This document shows, piece by piece, positions 57,126-64,000 of a stretch of DNA of 64,000 nt. The first letter of the stretch is position 1. Every line of letters begins with the position of its first letter. The position numbers and the translations under genes are program-made. Source of the DNA: an uncultured Candidatus Saccharibacteria bacterium (GTDB lineage Bacteria; Patescibacteriota; WWE3; UBA101185; UBA10185). The notes beneath the pieces are model-generated. The model was given only the letters and a program-made list of their open reading frames with translations. It was not told the DNA's origin and searched no databases. The stretch spans positions 5,514-69,513 of the forward strand of contig CAYLVW010000001.1 in the NCBI GenBank assembly GCA_964387275.1, read 5' to 3'.

Positions 57126-57904
57126 AAAAAGAATTACAAGCAATTATTGCAATAGCATACAGAGATTTACTTAAGTTTTTACGTGATAAACCAAGAATTA
57201 TGGCTACTTTTGCATTTCCACTAATTTTTATCTTAATAATGGGTGGAAGTATGGATGCGAATTTATCGAGTAGTATTGGTTTTAATTTACTAGAGTTTGT
57301 GTTTACTGGTATTTTTGCTCAGACTTTGTTTCAAAGTACAGCGTCGGGAGTAATATCTCTGATAGAGGATAGGGAGAATGATTTTAGCCAAGAAATTTTT
57401 GTATCTCCGATTTCTAGATATTCTATTATTATTGGAAAAATACTTGGAGAGACTTCTGTATCTATGGCCCAGGGCTTGGTAATTTTGTTATTAGGATTTT
57501 TCTTAGGTATAAATTTAACAATCACTACTGTGTTACTTCTTTTACCCGTTAGTTTGATAGTATGTTTTTTGGGAGGAGCTTTTGGTCTTATGATTATGGC
57601 GAATTTATCGAATCAAAGAACCGCTAACCAGATTTTTCCTTTCTTACTTTTTCCTCAATTTTTCTTAGCAGGTGTATTTACTCCTATGGGTAATCTTCCG
57701 ATACATTTATTAGTTTTATCCAGAATTGCTCCCATGACTTATGCAGTTGATTTTATTAGAAATTTCTATTACCTTGGAAGTTTGGCAGCTCCTAAAGTAT
57801 TATTGCATCCTATGTTGTTAAATTTAGGAATTATTCTTGCAATGTCAGTTGTGTTTGTTCTTGTAGGAACAATTGCTTTTGTTAAGAACGAACGAAATCG
57901 TTAA
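57122..57904 (+). CDS. ABC-2 family transporter permease
   Basis: Six TM helices, overlapping the ATPase stop (ATGA). Confidence 0.75.
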   Translation: MKKELQAIIAIAYRDLLKFLRDKPRIMATFAFPLIFILIMGGSMDANLSSSIGFNLLEFVFTGIFAQTLFQSTASGVISLIEDRENDFSQEIFVSPISRYSIIIGKILGETSVSMAQGLVILLLGFFLGINLTITTVLLLLPVSLIVCFLGGAFGLMIMANLSNQRTANQIFPFLLFPQFFLAGVFTPMGNLPIHLLVLSRIAPMTYAVDFIRNFYYLGSLAAPKVLLHPMLLNLGIILAMSVVFVLVGTIAFVKNERNR

Positions 57905-57943
57905 GATTGTTTTAGTAGGTAATCTCAGCGCATCTATTTTAAG

Positions 57944-58696
57944 CTATTTTTCATTTCTCAGTTTGTTGAGTTCGTTTAAAGTTCTATCGTTATTTTCCAA
58001 AAAGTAAACGTACTTGTAATATGCAGGGTACTTTGAGATTACGTAGTATTCAATTTTGCTTCCGAGTTCTGAATACATCAGAAATGCTGTAATAATAAAC
58101 ACTGCACCGGTAATTTGGTTAGTATTTTTAGTAAACTTGGAAATTTTTTGGGTAAGGTACGTTAGTTTTGCTCCAAGAAGTGTAATTATAAATAATGGTA
58201 TTGCTATACCTAAAACATATAATAGAGTAAATAGCACTACAAATAAGTCTACTTTTTGCATTGCACCTATTGTAGATATTGTTATAAGTATAGGTCCTGC
58301 ACACGGTGACCACAGAAAACTCATGCCAGCTCCAGAAATAAAACCCCTTTTGAATCCGGGTTCTTTTGAGACTTTGATATTAAATTTTGAAGTAAATTTA
58401 CTTAAAATAGTTTCTAATAAATCAGTAAGTGGTTTTATAAGTAGGACTATTCCAAACGAAAATATAAATATTATTGAGAAATTTCTAAATACACTTGCTT
58501 CTATAGGTATTAGTTTCACTAAGTAAGAGAAAAAAAGCATAAACAGTCCAAATGTTGCACTTACTCCGAGGGAGAGTCCCATAGCATATTTCTTATTTCC
58601 ACCTATATTGGAGGTAAGTATTAATGGTAATACATGCCATATACATGGCGATAGTACTGTAAATAGTCCTGAAAAAAATGCTAGTCCGAAAAGCAT
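57944..58696 (-). CDS. ccdA: CcdA/DsbD-like cytochrome c biogenesis/thiol-disulfide membrane protein
   Basis: LSPCIWHVLPLIL N-terminal motif and a second Cys (WSPCAGP). Confidence 0.75.
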   Translation of the reverse strand: MLFGLAFFSGLFTVLSPCIWHVLPLILTSNIGGNKKYAMGLSLGVSATFGLFMLFFSYLVKLIPIEASVFRNFSIIFIFSFGIVLLIKPLTDLLETILSKFTSKFNIKVSKEPGFKRGFISGAGMSFLWSPCAGPILITISTIGAMQKVDLFVVLFTLLYVLGIAIPLFIITLLGAKLTYLTQKISKFTKNTNQITGAVFIITAFLMYSELGSKIEYYVISKYPAYYKYVYFLENNDRTLNELNKLRNEK

Positions 58697-58764
58697 AGAT
58701 TAATTATACATCAGAGATTTACATATCCTTTGACTTTATTAAGCATAGGAAATAATATGTAGTT

Positions 58765-59064
58765 ATGAAAGGTTTTATAGATTTTATAAGAGAGCAAGGT
58801 GTAGTTGGTTTAGCCGTCGGTTTTATACTTGGCGGTAGCGTTTCCAAGGTTGTTAGTTCGATTGTTAGCGATCTAATAAACCCATTACTAGGCATTTTGC
58901 TTGGTAAAGCTGGGGACTTAAAGAGTTACTTCTTTATGGTCGGTGACGCTAAAGTGATGTGGGGGAGTTTTGCAGCAAATCTGCTTGATTTCCTTATTAT
59001 CGCAGCCGTTGTCTACTACCTTGTTTCAAGCCTCGGTTTGAATAGGCTCGACAAGAAGAAGTAA
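58765..59064 (+). CDS. mscL: Large-conductance mechanosensitive channel MscL
   Basis: MKGFIDFIREQGVVGLAVGFILGGSVSKVVSSIVSDLINPLLG. Confidence 0.9.
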   Translation: MKGFIDFIREQGVVGLAVGFILGGSVSKVVSSIVSDLINPLLGILLGKAGDLKSYFFMVGDAKVMWGSFAANLLDFLIIAAVVYYLVSSLGLNRLDKKK

Positions 59065-59098
59065 TTTTTCTTTTCGAGGTGTTATAGAGGTCTCTGGT

Positions 59099-59127
59099 TT
59101 AAGGCGGCGCCAAAGGCGCCGCCTTAA
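59099..59127. other. Perfect 13-bp hairpin (TTAAGGCGGCGCC-aaa-GGCGCCGCCTTAA) after mscL
   Basis: Read directly. Lies between convergent genes. Confidence 0.7.
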
Positions 59128-59219
59128 CTGTATTAAGAAATAAGAAAAAGACATCAGTTAAAATAACAGCTTGAAGCAGGAATTATTGCAGGAGTAATTC
59201 TCTAAGAAGGGAGATAATT

Positions 59220-59948
59220 TTATAAATAGTCTGAGGCTCCAAAAAGAGCTATACCCGCTGCAACTGATAAATTCAAACTATCAATTGTTTTAGAGTGTGG
59301 AATCATAATCTTGTCTAAACCTCTGGATCTTAGAATATGCTCATCAATGCCGGTCCCTTCATTTCCAAATATAAGACTGAAAGGTTTTTTAAATTCTGTC
59401 TCTGATAACTTAATCGCTTCTTTATCTAGGACAAATGCGTATAGATTATTGCCCGTTTGGTTAAAATATTCTCCGAAACTAGAGTAATAAGAAAATCTTG
59501 TTTGAAAGAACGCTCCAGTTGAAGATCTTATTACTTTTGGATCAAATATATCTGTGCAAGGTTTTATTAGCACTAAATCTTTATAACCAAAACCTGCCAT
59601 GGTTCTTATAATAGTTCCTACATTTCCCATATCGGATGGATTTAAGAGCACCACATGGTTGTTGTTCATATTAATAGGATTGTCATACTTCTTGAAAACT
59701 CCTACTGCATAGCAATTTTCACTACCAGAAAGTTTAATTACAAGATTATCTGCAGTTTCTACCTTAATGTTTCTATTTTCAGAAATCCTAATTATTTCCT
59801 CAAGCCCTTTATTTTCACTACCCTTAGAGCTTATGAATATCCTTAGTACTTCATTTGGTCTGTATCTTAATAGCTCTAGAGTTGCAAAAACACCAGAGGC
59901 ATAAGAGAAGTCGCTTCTTTTATTATAAGCTTTTAATGCTACGTCCAT
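59220..59948 (-). CDS. SpoU/TrmH-family RNA 2'-O-methyltransferase
   Basis: LLNPSDMGNVGTIIRTMAGFG, FGNEGTGI and SLNLSVAAGIALF motifs. Confidence 0.8.
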   Translation of the reverse strand: MDVALKAYNKRSDFSYASGVFATLELLRYRPNEVLRIFISSKGSENKGLEEIIRISENRNIKVETADNLVIKLSGSENCYAVGVFKKYDNPINMNNNHVVLLNPSDMGNVGTIIRTMAGFGYKDLVLIKPCTDIFDPKVIRSSTGAFFQTRFSYYSSFGEYFNQTGNNLYAFVLDKEAIKLSETEFKKPFSLIFGNEGTGIDEHILRSRGLDKIMIPHSKTIDSLNLSVAAGIALFGASDYL

Positions 59949-60051
59949 AATGACGGTATTTTACCTCTAAAAACCCGAATAGGGAAATCTGGTCTTTTGT
60001 TTTACTGAGAGAATTGTTGCACCAAAGTTTTTACTTGAGTATCATAAGCTT

Positions 60052-60720
60052 ATGAGAAAAACCATGGTATTTGCTGTAAGTTTTATATTCTTGTTTACTG
60101 TATCTGCAAATTTTTACTTAGTTAAAGCCGAAAATGAGGATCCAACTGGATCAGAATCTCCTTCAGCAACCATTTTAAAAGACAGGGTGAATGTCAAAAA
60201 GACTTTGTCTGAGGATTTATCAGAAGCAAGAAATCAAGCAAGAGAGACACGAGAAGAGATAAAAGAGAACAGGGAAGAAAATGTTGAGAAGAGATGTGAG
60301 ATAGTCACCGAAAGGGTAAATAATAGGGTTACAGTTGCAACTACAAATAAAAAAAAGCACGTGGAGTTTTATAACAATGCTAAAAATAAGATTTCAGAAT
60401 TTGTAGATAAACTTACAGAGGAAGGCTATGACACTTCTGTTCTCAAATCAGAGTTAGTTGTTCTTGAAAGCCTTATTATCGATTTAAGTGCGAAATATGA
60501 CTCGTTTATTCTTTCGCTAGAAGAGACAAATCAATATTCATGTGGTAATTCTGAAGGTGATTTTGTTTCTTCATTGCAGGAGGCTCGTGCTGCTTTTCTT
60601 GAGGTACGACAGGCGGCTATAGCTATTAGAGACCAGTATACTGGGAAGATTCGTCCACTTATAAAAGAGCTTAGATCTCAGACTAAACAAGAGTTGGAAT
60701 CGGAGGTGGAGAATGAGTAG
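60052..60720 (+). CDS. Secreted/anchored coiled-coil protein, charged (Glu/Arg/Lys-rich)
   Basis: Signal/TM N-terminus and heptad-like charged repeats. Confidence 0.5.
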   Translation: MRKTMVFAVSFIFLFTVSANFYLVKAENEDPTGSESPSATILKDRVNVKKTLSEDLSEARNQARETREEIKENREENVEKRCEIVTERVNNRVTVATTNKKKHVEFYNNAKNKISEFVDKLTEEGYDTSVLKSELVVLESLIIDLSAKYDSFILSLEETNQYSCGNSEGDFVSSLQEARAAFLEVRQAAIAIRDQYTGKIRPLIKELRSQTKQELESEVENE

Positions 60721-61033
60721 CAATTCCAGAGGTATTTCCTCAATATTAATAGTAGGCTTAACTATAGCTTTAGCGGTAGGTTTGTTTGGTATGTGGTATT
60801 TGAATAAAATGAGAGCTGATAGTACTTATACTTCTCAAAATGTAGAAATCGATAAACCTATCGGTATTGATGAAACTGATATCTTAACGCCTACACCAGA
60901 ACCTAATTTAGAGATCACAGAGATTTCATCTGATCCTAAAAACACCGAAGCTGACTTGGATAGGTTGGAGGAACAAATGAGTGATTTGGATAGTAGCATG
61001 GATGATTCATTTATTGATGAGCTTTCGCAGTAG
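60713..61033 (+). CDS. Small single-TM protein with an acidic C-terminal tail
   Basis: Overlaps the previous stop. TM segment ILIVGLTIALAVGLFGMWYL. Confidence 0.5.
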   Translation: MSSNSRGISSILIVGLTIALAVGLFGMWYLNKMRADSTYTSQNVEIDKPIGIDETDILTPTPEPNLEITEISSDPKNTEADLDRLEEQMSDLDSSMDDSFIDELSQ

Positions 61034-61068
61034 AGTTTTGTCTTAGTTTATTTTCAGTAGTATTGTTG

Positions 61069-61099
61069 GGAAAGGGCGGGCCGTAGGCCCGCCCTTTCC
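61069..61099. other. Perfect 14-bp hairpin (GGAAAGGGCGGGCC-gta-GGCCCGCCCTTTCC) between convergent genes
   Basis: Read directly. Confidence 0.7.
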
Positions 61100-61171
61100 T
61101 CTACCCAATAATCCTATTTTACAAACCAAAACCGAAGAACTCTTGCCTATTTAATCAGATCGTAGAGTAAC

Positions 61172-62254
61172 CTAAGACACCCTATACATAATATATTTGA
61201 CTAAAGATATAAGTAGGTTTTTGGTATCTGCAAGGTGAGTGATTCTATCAACTTGTTCCACTGCTAGGTTTACATAATTTTGGCCGAGGCTTTCCGCTTG
61301 TTTTAATGCCTCAGATTCTACAAATAAATTTCTAACAGTCTTAATACCATCTTCTCTAATGTCTCTATCACCATATAAACTTAATAGAAGCTTTTTTTTA
61401 TCTTCTTGTAGATTTTTTAATGCTAGAGAGAATAATATTGTGTTTTTACCTTCTAAAATGTCAGAGTTGTTGGATTTGCCCTGTTGGTCCATATTCCCAA
61501 AAGTACCCAAAATATCATCTTTAATTTGAAAAGCCCACCCTAAGGAATTTCCATATACCTTAATTGCTTTTAGTATGCTTTCATCTTTTATCCCTCCGAG
61601 TTTTGCTCCCATTAGCAGAGGCAGCACTCCTGTATATTCAGCAGTTTTGTACTTATGGATTTGTTCAACATAACTCTCATTAATTTTGTGTCCATAATTT
61701 GTAATATCCAGAGTTTGCCCCAACACAACTCTAGTAGTGTAGAAGGAATATATTTTTAAAGCCTCAATGACATTTTCTGCAGGTAGGTTTGTGGATAAGA
61801 ATATACTAAGGCCGTATAGTATATTTAAGTCTCCAGCATTTATTCCCATGCTCATACCATAGTGTTTTGCATCATTTAAGAGATGTTTAGCACAGTAGTT
61901 TTCGAAGTGTTTGTGTACAGTTTCAACACCCCTTCTTAAGTTGTCATTATCCATAATATCATCATGTATTAGGACACCTGAATGAAACATTTCAATCAAC
62001 AAACTTGCGTTATAGATTTCATCTGTTGCAGTTTTTCCTGATAACTCATACCCAAGTATTACTAGCAATCCCCTCAGGTTTTTACCAGGTAAACTAACTT
62101 CCCTTGTTTTGGAAATAAATTCCGAATTTAGTTCTACAAACTTTTCCTTTTTATTAGTACCAAGACTTTCTTGTAATTTTGTATAATACTCATTAAGTTT
62201 CATGAGTTTAAATTCTTTATACGTTTCTAGCTTGGCTTTTAGTATTGGGTCCAT
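61172..62254 (-). CDS. trans-Polyprenyl diphosphate synthase (FPP/GGPP synthase family)
   Basis: First Asp-rich motif LIHDDIMDND and second motif QIKDDILG. Confidence 0.8.
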   Translation of the reverse strand: MDPILKAKLETYKEFKLMKLNEYYTKLQESLGTNKKEKFVELNSEFISKTREVSLPGKNLRGLLVILGYELSGKTATDEIYNASLLIEMFHSGVLIHDDIMDNDNLRRGVETVHKHFENYCAKHLLNDAKHYGMSMGINAGDLNILYGLSIFLSTNLPAENVIEALKIYSFYTTRVVLGQTLDITNYGHKINESYVEQIHKYKTAEYTGVLPLLMGAKLGGIKDESILKAIKVYGNSLGWAFQIKDDILGTFGNMDQQGKSNNSDILEGKNTILFSLALKNLQEDKKKLLLSLYGDRDIREDGIKTVRNLFVESEALKQAESLGQNYVNLAVEQVDRITHLADTKNLLISLVKYIMYRVS

Positions 62255-62272
62255 GATATATAATATTCCTAA

Positions 62273-63346
62273 ATGTTTATGAAAAAATTATTAATAACTT
62301 TACTTATCTTTTTAGCAGCGCAATTATTTGCATCTAAATTAGTTTATGCACAAGATAATAACACAGTTAGTAGCTATGGTGTTGGTACTGTAATAAACAT
62401 CATGGAGTCACCAGACACTGGTGCTTATGCCGTAGATTTGGAAAGTGAAGGTAGTACCATAGAAAAAGTTAACTATATTCCCTCAGAGCGGTTGGTAGAT
62501 ATACAAAAAGGTGAGAAGGTTGTGTTTATTAAAATTACACAAGAGGGGGATACAGGATATTATGTTGTTGATAGGTATAGACTTTCCACTTTGTTTTTGA
62601 TTTTTGCCTTGTTTTTTATACTAGTTGTTACTTTAACAAGGTTAAAGGGTTTTTTGTCTTTTGTTGGTTTATTTCTAAGTGTTTTAGTGCTTACAAACTA
62701 TCTTGCACCTAATTTACTTAGAGGTGGCGATGCCATATATATCTCAATGGTTGGCATCGTTTTAATATCCATCTCTTCAATGTTTTTTGCCCATGGATTA
62801 AACATACGAACTATACTTTCAGTTTTCAGCACTGTAATAACCCTATTGGTATCTTTATTTCTGTCAGTAATTTTTGTTAAAGCGTCTTATTTATCGGGTA
62901 TGGGTACAGAGGAATCATTTTTTCTAGGTATTAGGGAAGGTTACTCAATAAATATGCAAGGTGTTTTACTTGTAGGGATAATTGTTGGTGCATTAGGTGT
63001 CCTTGATGATATAACAACTGCTCAAACTGCTGTTGTTGAGGAACTCAAGAAGGCCAATTCTTCTTTAAATGTTTTTGATTTATATAAGCGTGCTTCTTCT
63101 GTAGGTACTGAACACATCGCTTCTTTGGTTAATACTTTAGTTTTGGCTTATGCGGGAGCTGGGCTTCCTATGTTTTTACTATTTTATGTGGCAAATGACC
63201 AGCCAATTTGGGTAACTCTAAACTCTGAGTATTTTGCAGAGGAAATAGTAAGAACTCTAGTCGGAAGCATGTCACTAGTTTTAGCTGTTCCGATTGCAAC
63301 TATTGTTGCAGCCTGGTATTTTAGTAAATACCAGCCTAGGGAGTAG
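62273..63346 (+). CDS. YibE/F-like polytopic membrane protein with an N-terminal extracytoplasmic domain
   Basis: Signal peptide, about 100-aa soluble domain, then 6–7 TM helices (LVLAYAGAGLPMFLLFY). Confidence 0.45.
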   Translation: MFMKKLLITLLIFLAAQLFASKLVYAQDNNTVSSYGVGTVINIMESPDTGAYAVDLESEGSTIEKVNYIPSERLVDIQKGEKVVFIKITQEGDTGYYVVDRYRLSTLFLIFALFFILVVTLTRLKGFLSFVGLFLSVLVLTNYLAPNLLRGGDAIYISMVGIVLISISSMFFAHGLNIRTILSVFSTVITLLVSLFLSVIFVKASYLSGMGTEESFFLGIREGYSINMQGVLLVGIIVGALGVLDDITTAQTAVVEELKKANSSLNVFDLYKRASSVGTEHIASLVNTLVLAYAGAGLPMFLLFYVANDQPIWVTLNSEYFAEEIVRTLVGSMSLVLAVPIATIVAAWYFSKYQPRE

Positions 63347-63374
63347 TTTGATATAATACAAACCTTAAGTTTTA

Positions 63375-64000
63375 TGAATATACCTAATCATATAGCAATA
63401 ATTCCGGATGGAAACAGACGATGGGCAAAGCAACATGGGTTACCCACTTTACTTGGTCATAAGAGAGGTTCTGAGAATTTTGACACTCTTCTTATAACTG
63501 CTCAAAGCCTTGGGGTTAAATGTGTGAGTGCCTGGGCATTTTCAACTGAGAATTGGAAACGAGATAGTGAAGAAGTTACGTACCTTTTTGATTTAGCCAG
63601 AGAGCTTGTTAGAAGATACCACGATAGGTGTTTAAAGGACCAAATGCGATTTATTCATCTTGGCAGGAAGGACAGAATTCCCAAGGACATATTAGATACA
63701 ATAGAAAGCTTAGAAGAAGAAACAAAATCTTTTACAAATTTAATTGTTGCTATAGGTATAGATTATGGTGGTCACGACGAAATTGTAAGAACAATATCTA
63801 AGCTAAAATTATTAAACATGGATATTACTACTGATAACATTGAATCTCATTTAGATACAGCTGAGTTACCCAAAATTGACCTAATCATAAGAACAGGCGG
63901 TGAGAAGAGGCTTAGTGGTTTTATGTCTTGGCAAAGTGAGTACGCTGAACTCTACTTCTCCGACAGACTTTTTCCAGATTTCACAGCCGAAGAGTTAACT
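63375..64000 (+). CDS. uppS: Undecaprenyl-diphosphate synthase (cis-prenyltransferase), 3'-truncated by window end
   Basis: IIPDGNRRWA and RTGGEKRLSGF motifs. Confidence 0.85.

Noticed and set aside
58056-58526. 156-aa plus-strand ORF antisense to ccdA
   Set aside because: It is embedded in the ccdA-like gene, which has the conserved SPC motif, and has no features of its own.
1-64000. CRISPR array or cas operon near the Cas4-like gene
   Set aside because: I scanned for regularly spaced short direct repeats and for cas1/cas2-like ORFs. None are present, so the Cas4-like protein appears to be stand-alone.

Overview
This is an AT-rich bacterial window, gene-dense, with about 60 coding genes on both strands, two tRNAs and no rRNA or CRISPR array. 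The gene content suggests a small-genome fermentative bacterium, possibly Patescibacteria/CPR-like; that placement is inference only. The left 5.5 kb is the 5' part of one giant minus-strand gene for a surface protein with LamG-like domains, a roughly 13-unit array of Kelch-like repeats and FN3 domains. Core functions present include a 2-oxoacid:ferredoxin oxidoreductase with a ferredoxin, a two-subunit [NiFe]-hydrogenase with HypC and a maturation protease, a short Rel/SpoT protein, a GT2 plus GT-C glycosylation cluster, thiol-disulfide proteins, an ABC-F ATPase, an ABC-2 exporter, MscL, a SpoU methyltransferase and prenyl synthases. The accessory content is the most interesting part. (1) tRNA-Gln(CTG) is followed by a 1.36-kb insert bounded by 26-bp direct repeats of the tRNA 3' end; it carries a two-gene cassette (unknown protein plus a HEPN-type Rx4H protein) and no integrase. 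(2) A second tRNA (tRNA-Glu, minus strand) has a duplicated 3'-end fragment 200 bp away, which looks like an att-site scar. (3) A PRTase-domain protein sits beside a ThiS/MoaD-like ubiquitin-like mini-protein ending in GG plus a 5-residue extension. (4) A Cas4-like Fe-S PD-(D/E)xK nuclease sits beside a GC-rich protein with weak ADP-ribosyltransferase-like motifs. (5) There is a Cys-rich metallothionein-like mini-protein. (6) There is a stand-alone HslV-like Ntn hydrolase. (7) A hypothetical gene is split by an A9 homopolymer frameshift. (8) A family of perfect GC-rich 13–16-bp hairpins occurs in intergenic regions, several without U-tracts. All calls come from reading the sequence and ORF translations by eye; no database searches were run.
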